Of a stretch of DNA of 64,000 nt, positions 50,102 through 62,607 are shown one piece after another; position 1 is the first letter of the stretch; every line of letters begins with the position of its first letter. The position numbers were made by a program, and so were the translations under genes. The DNA comes from Takakia lepidozioides (Eukaryota > Plantae > Bryophyta), in contig CM060734.1 of assembly GCA_030704615.1 (NCBI GenBank), positions 21,638,001-21,702,000 on the forward strand, given 5' to 3'. The notes below the pieces were generated by a model that searched no databases, was not told the origin of the DNA, and saw nothing but the letters and a program-made list of their open reading frames with translations.

Positions 50102-51519
50102 AGTTGAGTTGACCAACATATGTAGAATTTGGGTGATACTCGAGAATAGTGGGTGATTCCCCGAGACTCTTTATCTGCCTCAACTTTTGTTCTGTGGACA
50201 AGTTCTCTTGGTTGGTTAGATGGTCCATATTATCCACATGGAATTTCTTAAGCACGCTGCTGTGATGCCTTATCTTGGATGCTGTGCCTGGTGCGAGCTT
50301 GGCAAAGAATGTTGCACCTTTTGGACAAGATTTCCAGTGACATATACAATGACTTCAAAGGTTTTAGGTCTACAGTAGGGTCATTTCACAATTTCTCGTT
50401 TTGGGTTGACAAAGAAACTGACGAACTCCAGCTGCAAGAAATACAGCATGATGGTCTCATCTTAGGATAACCCTAGATAGATTTTGTCTTCCTCCATCAT
50501 GACAATCTTTGGGATTGGTTGGAGTTGTGGCATCAGTATATCAATCAAACCATGCTTCTATACAACTTATTGACTAACATGCTTCTACGACCCGTTTGTC
50601 CCATAGATGCAATCTGACAGATATAAGTCAGAAATTCCTTACTCAAATTGCTATATGCCATACTTCCCTCATGTTCTGTGTAGCTGTGGTGTGAGGTTGC
50701 AAGTATGGATCAACTTGAATGTAACATTCACCTAATTTCTTGCGTTTGTCAAGTTCCTGTGTACTTTCTGGGTCAGACAAGTTCCTCTTCCCCGTTTGGG
50801 AGCTCAGAAGCTGTGTGCAGTCAGTGTCTGGAGGGCCTTCACAGGGCAAGTTCCCTGGAACTTATTCGTTGCACCAGTTGCAGTTAATTGGTGTACTTCA
50901 GTCTGCAGGGTTTGCCAATGATCTGCAAAGTGAACAGCTCCCCCACTCACGAAGTATTCAAGACTTTCTTTCCTCTCAACTAAATGATGTGAGTCTGATG
51001 AGTGTGTTCCTTGCATGGCTGAATGTGCCCCATTAGTATTCCTATCAATATTTTCCAGTTTGGGAAATGAAGAGCTAGAGCGTACCACACATTCCCTACG
51101 GACACTGTATATGGCACCTCCTGGCACCTGCTCGTCGGCAACAACAATTCCCCTGGGGGGGTCGATTCAATGTAGCAGCCAATCGTCGATGGATCCTCGT
51201 GGCTCTAGTACCAGTGTTGAAAATGGCGGCGAGACCCACAAACGTTAGAATGAACTTATACTTGCGTTTGCACTGTATTCTGTCACCCAGTCGCTGGAAG
51301 TATCCGATAACATGGTTACAGAAAACAGTCATGGGTGTGTGATTTGTTTCTGATTTTGAGAGTTATGAGACACTAAATTATGTGACAGGACTGCAGTCTG
51401 TAGCTTCCTCATCAGAAGGTTGAAGAAGCTGATCGGGGTGTACGGTTGAGCTCTAGGCGCCCACTTTGTAGAGCTTACAGCTGTTGAGAACTTGAGACTG
51501 AGATATTCTCTCTGTGAGA

Positions 51520-51960
51520 TGGAGGTGGAGGCAAGACAGAAGGAGGAGACGATAGAGGTGGAGGAAAGAGAGAAAGTGCAGGTGAGAGAGGTGATGGAGC
51601 TGGAGGCAAGACAGAAGGAGGAGGCGATAGAGGTGGAGGCAAGAGAGAAAGTGCAGGTGATAGAGGTGATGGAGCTGGAGGCAAGACAGAAGGAGGAGGC
51701 GATAGAGGTGGAGGCAAGAGAGAAAGTGCAGGTGAGAGAGGGGATGGAGCTGGAGGCAAGACAGAAGGAGGAGGCGATAGAGGTGGAGGCAAGAGAGAAA
51801 GTGCAGGTGATAGAGGTGATGGAGCTGGAGGCAAGACAGAAGGAGGCGATGGAGGGGGAGGCCAAGAGAAAAAGTGCAGGTGATAGAGGTGATGGAGCTG
51901 GAGCCAATACTGAAGGAGGCGATGGATGTGAAGGTAAGAGAGAAAATGGAGAGGCTGATG
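51520..51960 (+). repeat. 75-bp coding minisatellite (~5 units of [24 protein letters not shown](R/I)) in a decayed ORF spanning ~51492-52628
   Basis: GTGCAGGTGA recurs at 51576, 51651, 51726, 51801 and ~51875; frameshift in the last unit. Confidence 0.88.
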
Positions 51961-52887
51961 GAAGCAAGAGATAAAGCGCTGGCGATGGACAGGAGGACAG
52001 TAGAGAAACCTGGGTGCACGGACATGATTACAGACTACGAAAGCGGTAAGAAGCGTCAGCGGGATGCGGACAACGCCAACAGCGTAAAGCGGCTGGAGGA
52101 CTTGAGCACTGGCATCAGTGAAAGGCACCAGGATGTGGGTCCAGTGATGTTGAACCGCTACAGGTTTTTCACAGCAAGGCAGTTGCTTTCATCTCAAGTG
52201 CCCCATGCGCAAACAGACCTACATACAGCTTTCACTACGCAAACACATTTCCTCACATGTTGGAAGATTGGAGCAAATGCGACGGCGGCCCTCAACGTTG
52301 CACAATCGAACAACACTTGAAGCCTGTGAAAGATCAGATTCCAGATTGGGTAGCCACTGCAAATGATCAGCTTCCCTGCTTTTTACCCTTTCCTGACAAG
52401 TTCTTCGATACGGTGGACTCAGTCCAAGACATTCGAGGGTACTTCAAAGCTTGTATCTGTGAGAGATTGTTGCAGTTCCTTGGGAGTGGAATCTTCCATA
52501 TGCCAGGCCCGCGGAAGTGTGAATACTTTCCAAAAGAGCTGAAGTGTGAATACACAAAGGAGTTGTCTGGGTGGCAGTGGTCCACAAAATCAATCTTTGA
52601 GCTAGGCACTGGGGGCTCCTGTATCTGATACCCCTGGCCTGCCATTGACTCTGATAGATAAGAGGGTAAAAGTAGTCGGGGAGGTATTACCTGATGGTTT
52701 CCTGAAGATCGACAACAGCTGGGACATGGACGATACATATTACGGTTCATGCGTATATATACTAATAAGGCCGTGTTGTCCAAATTGTTTCACCAGATGA
52801 ACTTGTGTGGAGCAAAGCCTTCATAAAGCACTTTGAGTATTTTCTCTTTGTATTTATCGTGCTGCTAAAAAGCAGAATCCATCGCTT

Positions 52888-54106
52888 GGCCAGCCATGGC
52901 ACTAAGTCCGAAGCCATTTCAGGATAGTGCCGCGGGCCGGGCTCCCCTGCTCATGCCCCGGGCTGGCTTGTTCATGGCTCCTTGCCAGGTCGGCTCCTGA
53001 TCGCTGCCCTGTAGCTCCCTGCCACGTCGCGAAGTAGCTAGATTAGATCTAGATGTCAAACGAGATACGGTAATCACAACTTTAGGCTTAAGCGGAGCCG
53101 CTAGTAAAAATGATAAGTAGTTTCGGCCATCCGAGCTGCCATCTAGACTGGGTTGTCGTGCACCCTGCTTGCATGCAGACTTGCTTCACCCCCAGTTGGA
53201 TACTCATAGTTGCAACCCATCAAAGTTCAAGCTGTACATGGCCTTGGGAGTCAGCCCTCGGGATCAAGCTTGTCAAATAAGATAATCGACGAGTCCGCTG
53301 CAGGTATCAATGCAGAGGACGTAGAAGGGACGGGACGGTTGGACCTCGGTTGGTATGATCGTGTCGATCTAATTCCTGGAGAGCATGTCGAATTCGGGGC
53401 CCATCACCCTTTCTCGTCCAAGTCCGGACTCCAAACATCTTGAACATGAGGTCAATGGACTAACAGAGACGTCCAGATTCATATTGCACAATTCTGAAGT
53501 GGGAGCTGCTGATAGCTTCACGTCCATCCTGCACGTCTGACTTATCACACTCTCTAACTCGGAAAAGTAGTAAAACTCTCTAAAGCTGGTCTTCCTCCAG
53601 ATTTTGGTGACATATCTGTTCCCGACTAACCGGTCGAAGAAATGACTTCATGCTCTTGAAAATGAGTCCTTCAGAATAGAATGCTTATAGATCCACCGGG
53701 TAACGGGTTCTTCTTCAAGCCAGTGCGTTGGCTTCCATCACTGCCTCCTTATGGGAAACTGGACCCAGACAACAGTAACCTCCTGCACTAATAACTTGCT
53801 CCAATATGATCGGCCTGGTGTTGGGGCGTAGACATCAAGCGGAGCCCGCGGGCCAGCAAGCGCGGGCCAGCAAGAGCGCATGGGAGTGCGTCGCAGGAGG
53901 AGCTGACCTGGCAGCGGGGCCAGCCAGCAGCCCAGCCCGGGCATGAGGAGGGGAGCCCGGGCCCGCGGCACTATCCTGAAATGGCTTGGGAGGAGGAGCT
54001 GACCTGGCAGCGGGGCCAGCCAGCAGCCCAGCCCGGGCATGAGGTCAGGAGCCCGGGCCCGCGGCACTATCCTGAAATGGCTTGGGACTTAGTGCCGAGG
54101 CTTGCC
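52888..54106. mobile_element. Non-autonomous element with long GC-rich TIRs (MULE/foldback-like)
   Basis: GGCACTAAGTCC(G/C)AAGCCATTTCAGGATAGTGCCGCGGGCC at 52898, inverted copy ending 54096. ~95-bp tandem duplication of the right subterminal region (~53895-54086). TSD not found. Confidence 0.75.
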
Positions 54107-55102
54107 AGGGCGTGGCATTACACTCCCTTGGAATGCACTCTGTAGCGCACCTTTTTTTGTTGCACGTGCTTTATGCAGGGTAAAGCTTCCCAAGGTGTTC
54201 CCAAGGTGTTATGGTACGCTGCAGATCTGTAGCCCTATCGACAACACTTCGTGAGCAGGGTCTTTCTGTGTTTGCTGCAGATCTGTAGCCCTATCGACAA
54301 TACTTCGTGAGCAGGGTCTTTCTGTGTTTGCTGCCCTTGCCTTTCACCAAAGCTTATCAACTTTGACATTGGCAAAATTGGGTGTTGTGGAACAGTATGG
54401 GGATGTTCCAGGGAGTAGAATTTGGGTTGCCGGCAGCGATTGATGATTTTAGACGATCAATGTGATCGACTCTCTTGTACTGATGAATCTTTCGCGTCCA
54501 TCTGCACTTCAATAGGTGGGCACCTCTCTGCAACGCACTAGCAATTGACCCCAGCAGCTTTGAAGGGAGTCAGTCAGTGGTTGTTCCCAGGATAATCAGC
54601 ATACATGACTATCCCTTTTCTCCTCCCCCTTTGCAACTCTCAGAAAGGCCTGAGAAAGTGACAAATTTTAGACACCTGAAGAGATTGCCTCCACAAGTCC
54701 AATTCTGGTTCCTGGTCCTGTGATCCAGAAATTGTATTGTGGTTAAGGGTGATCTATGACTCCTGATTCAGGATGCCACTGTAATCAGCCACTGTTAATG
54801 CAGTCAGGTTAGGTGACATAAGAAGCTCTTTCCTTCAGGACAGATCCCCTTTAGTGGAGGGGTGGAAAGCCCGAGTAAAGGTGAAGGTGTTGGAAAGGTG
54901 TAGTGCTCTGCAACAAGTTTAACAGACCAGCCTGTGAGATAGAGTATTAGGAAGAGTTGCGGGGACAAAATTATGGCCTCGCTATTTTGAAAACACGGGA
55001 ATTCTATTTACAGCGTGGAACACATGAATGAAGCACCAATCATGCACATTATTACACACAACACTTCTTTGATAAGTTTGGTGAAGATGTGACACAGATG
55101 GT

Positions 55103-57096
55103 TCAAACAGAGTTCCCCCTTTCGATGACCTTCTCCAGCTTTTGTGCCTTCTCATAAAGGGCATCTGTGATTGGTCCTGCAGGGAACACTGTAATTTCCA
55201 CCACAAGATGTGGAGTGGGAAGTTCGTCAAATAAGGCCCTCACGTTGTGGCAGCAAACACTCTCTGCATGGGCATTCTCACGCCTGATTTGGCATCCCTG
55301 TACACAACCATTACAAGAATACTCAACAATGAATGTGTACACTATGCTTTCCACCGACAACAGGTACCTCATCCCAGGTACAAAGCTGAAAGCTTCCATA
55401 GGTAGCAGCTATAATGTGTACCTGCTGAATCTCTACAGAAGCACTATGACAACAAAATGCCCGGATCACTATGGCCACCCTTGTATTTGAGATTGACAGC
55501 TTGCTTCAACACAGTAGGACTCAGTTCACCTTTCTTAGTATCAATGAGGACTCCGTTATGCAAGTGCACATACCTTGTGTGTGCTCACATCGATGAAGCT
55601 ATCATCATCAGACAGCAATGAGCAAATTACATTGAGAAGTTTGCGACCCTCAGCTTTGCTTGGAACCCGGTATTTTCGGACTAGTGCACCTTTTCTATTT
55701 GCATGCCAGTTTCGCCTCACCTTCATCATGTCCTTCTCCCCCTCCGCCTCTGAATTACAAAACTTCTAAGTTTAACTGGGTATTGCTTAGAAGCCTTCTC
55801 GCCATAAACATTGCAGGATATACCCCAATTCCTGGGCTGACAAACTAAACTGGAGTATAGATGGGCTCCACATTAGCTGGTGCCTACCACAAGCAGTCAT
55901 TGAGAACTAGGGAGCAGAATTGATTACAAGATCAGCCAGACTTCAACCTCTATAGCATTGCCAAGGAAATGTATGTCTGCTTATTATCAGTCCCCGGACA
56001 TGGTGTCATAAATGACCTTAGTTAAATGGAAATGAATAACCCAAAAAGCCTAAATAGAGACCAACAACTTGCACCAACTGAACTCAAGGTCTAGTTTGAA
56101 CCTACTCGTCCTGCAGGACCATCCGCAACAAGAAGCCATTCCGACACTTCATTTCAACGGTCATCATTGATTTCACATGTCCACCTTAACAGAATCTCAC
56201 AACTCAAAGAAAGCCAGGGTGACTTTACAACTAATCCTGAAAAAGGTGGAAGGTCAGGCTGTTCAAAAGGGCTGGAACGAAGATTTTGAAAGTCAGTGGT
56301 AAAATGTGGGTCCACAACAGAGGAAGGGGTGAGTAGTGTACCCTTGTTGCCACCAATGATGTCTTCAATCCAACCTGGTATCCACTTGCCCTCGAGATCT
56401 TCGTCTGCACATCTTTCTCACTGTCATTTTTCAACTAGTTGTAGAATATTTGTTTCCAATCATAACCAATGAACGTAGGAATTACAACCAGAGACCAGTT
56501 TCACTTTCTTAGTAGCTGGAAAGTTGATCCCCCGCAGGGTCAATGGCCACAAGGCTACGGCAAACAACGTCTTATGAGTACATCTATTGCAGCTGTTTCT
56601 CATGCTCCAGCTTCAGGTGAAACAGAATTGTGTGTATGAATACGGAACATTCTGCCCACAACTGCACAGTATCTTTGTAAACTCAAGCATGTCTTTACCC
56701 ATCATTTGTTTGACTCAACTGCTTAAGGAAATGCAACATCCAGCCTGAGATACATCCAGCTCATTCTAAGGTAGCTCATATGTAACTTGAGAAGGAGTTT
56801 CAAAGCAAAATGGTAGAATTGCTGGGAGGACCTTGGTTGGGAGAACGGAGCCGACCCGCAACACCTGTCTGCAAAAGTGCATAAAAAACACATACTCGAA
56901 CAATCTCCCGAGCTGGGTCAGCAAGCAGGGAAGCACTTATCACTGGCTTACTTACTGCTGCTCCCCCACAACAAGTGCTTGAAGCCCTGAGAGCAGAAAC
57001 CCCTCCAAAAGTTCTGCTTCTCGAGAAGCCCAGATCTGTGGTGCGCACCAGCTCTCCCATTGCCACCCCTACATCAGCCCTTTCCTGCTGCATCAT
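55103..57096 (-). CDS. Conserved plant protein of unknown function, 4 exons, apparently intact, probably plastid-targeted
   Basis: Phase-consistent exons ~57096-56832, 56404-56342, 55749-55574 (RKYRVPSKAEGRKLL..LLSDDD) and 55297-55103 (GCQIRRENAHAESVCCHNVRALFDELPTPHLVVEITVFPAGP). From memory it resembles Arabidopsis At2g44870; this is unverified. Confidence 0.75.
56533..56582 (+). mobile_element. ~50-bp 3'-terminal fragment of the RTEX-like LINE (copy 4), intronic
   Basis: GGGTCAATGGCCACAAGGCTACGGCAAACAACGTCTTATGAGTACA followed by TCT. Confidence 0.9.
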
Positions 57097-59568
57097 GACG
57101 TCGGGATTGATATTTTGAAAGTTTTCTGTAACCCACTTCAGGTTTTGAGCTACCTCTGTATACCAATGGAGTATACTTGAACGGACAGGCATTTCTTGTC
57201 TGAACAACTACGCTAGATGGAAGTCCCTGAACTTGTGGTGCATTGGAAAGAAAATCCACAGCTTACAAGTCCATTGAAAGGATGTATACAGCCTCCAAAC
57301 TTCTTAACTTTTGAAATCGGTTACACACCATACTGAGATTGCACATGAATGATGACTTTTTAGTCTCATGATAACTCCACGAATGTTCAATTAATCAACA
57401 TGACACGCATCAGCTGGATAACTATTGTTCTTTAAAATATTCAGCCATTCAAACTTCCTCAAGCACATAGTATGGCTCAATTCTGAGCAACAGGTGTTGG
57501 AAAGCCAAGTTTTCAGTCTCCAAGAGCTCAGTAACTTCACTTACCCAATGACCAATAGTGAGGCCTTATTCAGAACCTTGTGCTAAAGCGACCTGTACTC
57601 ATGCTATGCAGCATGTCTGTCAAAGATAATATCTCTTACTCTAGGGTTATAGTTAGAATGCCAGAGGCAGAAATTTCACACTTCGTTCACAACATCGAAT
57701 GCCCGGGATTGGCATATGACAGACCCGTGCATATCCAAAGTATAAGGCAATTAATTACCTTGTGTACCGAGACATAGTGGGAAGATTTATTCCCTTGCAG
57801 CAAACAGGGTGACAAGTGCTGGACAGAGTTTGCACTTGCCATGGAACCAGACACCACCTGCACCACAGCTCCATTCCCCCCAAGTGTCATGTTGCTTAGT
57901 CTCTAATATGTTGCAATCCGTCAGGACTTATGCAACAATCACGGACAAGAAAAGCCTCGAAAATCCGATGTGCGGCAGAGTTTGGGGCAGCAAGTGAAAT
58001 CAAATCTCTTAGTTAAAATTTTCTCGAAGACATGAAACCACCTATGACCCTTCTTCTCTGTGTCTCCTACTTCTCCGCCACAGATGCACATGCAAGGCTT
58101 TCGCTTTCACTTAGACCACAGCCACCCCGCATCACTGCACGGCTGTCACGCTCACGTCGCATTTGAACGGGCGCTTCGGTGGATAGTCATATGCTCATGT
58201 CCCAAAATGAATGAGAGTTCAACGCCGACATTTTTCCCAATCCTACAAATTGCACATATGAGAGACAGAAGCCCATGCTACCTTTGCTGAAGAGCACGAG
58301 GATGATTAAAAGCCCTGCCTAGAGTTTCTACCCGTCTGGACAATCCTGACAGGGGTGGAATTTGAATGCAAGTGCCTGCTTCCCCACACAATCTACCGTT
58401 TTACGGACCTGCATCAGCAGAGCCTTGAGTCAAGACGAGACGTTTGCAGCCAAGCTGTGGACGCCGGGAGCTAGATGCCAAGAGGCCCCACGCAAATGTA
58501 AGCCGTTTCCAGATTGCATCCGACTCCGTGTCCGAAAACCCACCATGAGATTTGTGGGTAGTGCAACAATACGAAATGTGTCTGCTGTGGCGGATCTGTG
58601 TGTGATGCTGATATACCCTTCCTTGATTATATCCACTCCCTGCATCCGCAACGATTGCGCCAGCACAGCTGAATGTGCTTCCGACGATGACAATGCAGCA
58701 GTTCTCTCCGTCGACGGAATGAACTTCTCGTCATCCCCCCTTGAACGAAGCCGAAGACAAATGCATGTTTGAAAGATCGTTGGAGCTTTGTGCTGACCAT
58801 GCTTGGCCTGTGCCACCAAGTTTTGGTCGAGGTCACGCACAACCTGGCGATGGTGTAGGTTATGGTCAACCGACAGATTCTGGTGAAATACTTTCTGTGG
58901 AGGAATGTGACTATCATCAGCAATCAGCCTGAAAAATGGGTGTGGCTAGAAGCCCCTCCAGTAACTTCTGCACCATCTGTAATTTTCTAGGCTATGTTTG
59001 TCGTAGAAAAAGAGCCCAGAAATGACTTGCAGGCGTGTTTTCAAAGCAATGGGAAGCTGGCAAAATTCTCATGCTTTTGCAGTACTTCATGCAGGTAAAG
59101 CTAGGAGCAAGCAATGGCCTTGGCAGGAGTTTTCTGATCCTTCACAGTGGCGGGACACCGGATTTGATGAGGTGAAGCTGTTTTTAATTTGAGCGTGAAA
59201 GAAGGGTTGTATCTCCTGTTGCTTGAATATAAAACAACAAAAGCAGTCCTCATTGTTGCTAATCATTCGGTTGTCAAGGTTGTTAGTTGTTGGTAAATGC
59301 ACACACGGGGTCGGCTGTTTGAACCGTCCTTGGAAGCACATTTACTGACTCTGATACACGGTCATGGACAATCTAATGGTGATTCTAACGTCAATGTACA
59401 GCTGGAGGGAATACAGTATTCAATTGATGATTAGTGAGGGATTCGGACTCAAACATATAACACTGGCGCTGTTGACTGCACTGGTCTTCTAACCGTGTCA
59501 ATTGTGTAGCAAGGAAATTGTCGCTCTGAAGAGATTTGTCTTAGGGGTGATGTCTTTGAGATATCTGT

Positions 59569-61662
59569 TTGAGTTGGAGTGAAAGATTTTTAACTGAGAA
59601 CTCTGAGTCGTGCAGGATTGCAGGGTTGAATCAAGCACACCTGGTTGGATCAGCCATCTCCACCATAACCACCACTTGTGAAAGACGACCAAGAAAGGGA
59701 GTCAACAACAACTCTTCTGGCACCTGTATGGATGTGAGGAGATTATGCAAGGAAGGGCAACTAAAAGAGGCACTGCAATTTTTGAACCAGAAAGGCATTT
59801 TGGCAGACTCCATTACGTATGTCTCTCTCTTGCTCCTATGCATCAAGATGAAAGGCCTAGCAGAGGGAAAGCAGGTGCACACCCACATTATATGGCTGTA
59901 TCAAGGCATGTGCCAGCCTGGCTGTTCTGGAGAAGGGCAAAGAGCTCCATGCTGACATTATCAAAGCTGGAATTGCATCAGATGCTATTCTGCAGACGGC
60001 GATTGCTGACATGTATGCGAAATGTGGGAGCATGAAGAAAGCGCGTGAAGTATTCGAGAGTATGGCTGAACGGAATGTGGTCTCATGGAACGTCATGATA
60101 ACAGGATATGCTCAGCATTGGTGTTTTAGGGAGGCTTTTGAGATCTATGAGCAGATGATACAAGAGAAGGTGATGCCCAACAAGGTCACATTTATTTGTA
60201 TTCTCAATGCATGTGCTGGTTTGGCAACCCTGGAAAAGGGTATCAAGGTCCATGCTGACATCAGTAAAGCTGGGATCACAGCCGATATCATTCTGGACAA
60301 TGCACTTGTTGCGATGTATGCCAAATGCAGCAGCATGAAGGATGCACATAGAGTTTTTGACAAAATGGACAAACACAATGTGGTGTCATGGAGTGTGATG
60401 GTTGCAGGATATGCTCAACATGGGTGTGGAATGGAGGCTTTCGAGACCTATGAGCAAATGTTACGGGAAGGGGTGATGCCAGACAAAGTCACATTCATTT
60501 GTGTTGTCAATGCTTGTGCCTGTCTGGCAGCCCTTGAAAAGGGCATAGAGGTTCATGCCGATATTAAAAAAGCTGGCATTGCCCCTGATATTATTCTGGA
60601 CACTGCCCTTGTCGACATGTATTCCAAGTGTGGGAGCATGAAGGATGCCCGTCGGGTGCTTGACAATATGGCTCAACGGAATGTGGTTTCATGGAGTGCA
60701 ATGATTGCAGGATTCGGTCAGCACGGGGTGGTATAGCAGCCCTGCAACTATTTGAAGAAATGCAGCAAGATGGCTTGAAGCCGGATGGTATCACCTTTAT
60801 ATGTCTTCTCTCTGCATGTAGCCAATGGCCACAAGGCTACGTCAAACAACGTCTTATGAGTACAATCTCTGCATGTAGCCATGTTGGCTTAGTGGATGAA
60901 GGCCATCACTACTTTTATTCCATGAGTCGAGATTATGGCATCACTCCTACGGTGGAGCATTTTGGCTGCATGGTGGATCTTCTTGGCCGTGCAGGTCGAT
61001 TGGATGAGGCGGAGGACTTCATTAACAGAATGCCAATTGAACCAGGTGGTTCGGTGTGGCGGGCCTTGCTTGGTGCCTGCAGGGTTCGTGGGGATGTGGA
61101 GTTAGCAGAACGTGTTGGAAAATGCCTCCTGGAGTTGGATCCACATGACGTTGCAACTAATGTGCTGCTCTCGAACATCTATGGTGCAGCTGGCAGGTGG
61201 GATGATCAAGCAAAGGTGAGGAACATGATGAAGGAGAGAGGTGTCAGAAAAGTGCCAGGGCGCAGCTGCATTGAGGTGCACAACCAGGTCCATACATTCG
61301 TTGTAGAAGACAAAGTGCATCCACAAATCGACAGAATCCATGCTGAGTTGAACAGATTATCTTGGATTATGAGAGAGGCTGGGTATGTGCCTGACACACG
61401 CTTTGTATTGTATGATGTGGAGGAGGAAACCAAGGAAATTTTTCTTTGCCACCACAGTGAGAAACTGGCCATTGCTTTTGGGCTGATCAGTACAGCCCCT
61501 GGAACCCCCCTCCGTGTTGTAAAGAACCTTCGGGTGTGTGGTGACTGCCATACTGCCACCAAGTTCATCTCAAGGATTGTGGCACGAGCAATTGTTGTAC
61601 GGGATGCCAGCCGCTTTCATCACTTCAAAGACGGGGTTTGTTCATGTGGGGATAACTGGTGA
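59569..61662 (+). pseudogene. PLS-class PPR-E-DYW organellar RNA-editing factor, frameshifted
   Basis: P-L-S arrays, E domain, PG box, HSEKLA..CGDCH, ending CSCGDNW. Deletion/frameshift near 59895, -1 frameshift near 60730, and a 57-bp LINE-derived insertion. Confidence 0.9.
60823..60865 (+). mobile_element. LINE 3'-terminal fragment (copy 5) inserted in frame in the PPR-DYW exon
   Basis: CAATGGCCACAAGGCTACGTCAAACAACGTCTTATGAGTACAA lies between duplicated TCTCTGCATGTAGCCA (60809-60824, 60866-60881), with microhomology at the 5' junction. Confidence 0.95.
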
Positions 61663-62373
61663 CGCGATGAACATGCTGCAAAGAAATTGTGTGGCTTCAG
61701 ACGTGAGGGTGGCCATGGCCCTCATTTTGAGAGCAAAGGATGTTCCTCTGGTAGCTCCTCTATTCCAAATGTTCAGTTCTATCTGTTCCTAAAGACTATG
61801 TTCGTTGTTGTGTTGTTTTTGTCATGAATTGCTCTTCTTGTCCACATGGTATATCCTGTATTGTGGTGTCAAGTGTGGCCTTTGGTTAAGAGGTATGAGA
61901 TCAACTGATATAACTGATATATCAAGCTGATATAACTTACTGTCCAATGTTGCCGTGACTAAACAGTGGTTCACCAGCAAGAAGAGCGAATTGAAAGAGG
62001 ACAGGCACCGCATCTTGCCAGTTACAGCTGGCCGCACTGCAGGGCGCTACCTAGTACGTAGTAAGTATGTTGTAATCATGAAGTTTATCTAAACATGTGT
62101 GGCATAGATTTGTACACACAAACTGTTTGCTACATCCCTGTGGAAGTGTCAGAATAAATCATTTCTTTGATTTCAACAAATTGCTTAGCATCTCGGTACT
62201 TAAATTCAAATCAGATCTTACCATTGGGACTACTTTGGAACCAATCTTTCTATCTAAGCAAAAACTAGACTAATCAATCCTACTTCAGTTACCGGTGGGG
62301 GCAAATTTCTGCCCCCCCCTTCTCTTTGTCATCTTTGTGCTTTGAGTGATCAATTGTTTCTTTCTTTGTTCCT

Positions 62374-62600
62374 TTGCTTCACTGGTCTGGTCTAAAATCT
62401 GTCAGCTGTATGCAGCTTGGAAGAGTATCAACTGCAACAAAGTGGTTTCATTTGTTAAATCTGGAAGCAGGGAGGATCTGGAATCAGTGTCCAGTATGGG
62501 CTATCCTTAGATCTCTCACCCTCTGGCATCTGTGGAAGGTTCGGTTTGCAAAGGTGTATGATAGGAAGTCGCCCTGCCTTTCCCAAGTTCTGCATAACAT
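62374..62600 (+). mobile_element. Old L1-type LINE C-terminal remnant, target of LINE copy 6
   Basis: WAILRSLTLWHLWKVRFAKVY resembles the WxxWxxRNxxxF motif of plant L1 ORF2 C-termini. Confidence 0.5.
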
Positions 62601-62607
62601 ATATATA

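Noticed and set aside
51329-52128. Pro/Ser/Leu-His-rich minus-strand ORFs (extensin-like)
   Set aside because: These are antisense readings of the purine-rich 75-bp minisatellite.
52900-54094. CACTA element (CACTA..TAGTG)
   Set aside because: There is no 3-bp TSD (TGG vs CCG), and the inverted similarity extends outside the CACTA motif.
54218-54335. ~58-bp direct duplication
   Set aside because: A simple local tandem duplication with no further structure.
58362-58932. Overlapping ORFs upstream of the PPR-DYW gene
   Set aside because: No recognisable motifs or splice structure that I could support.
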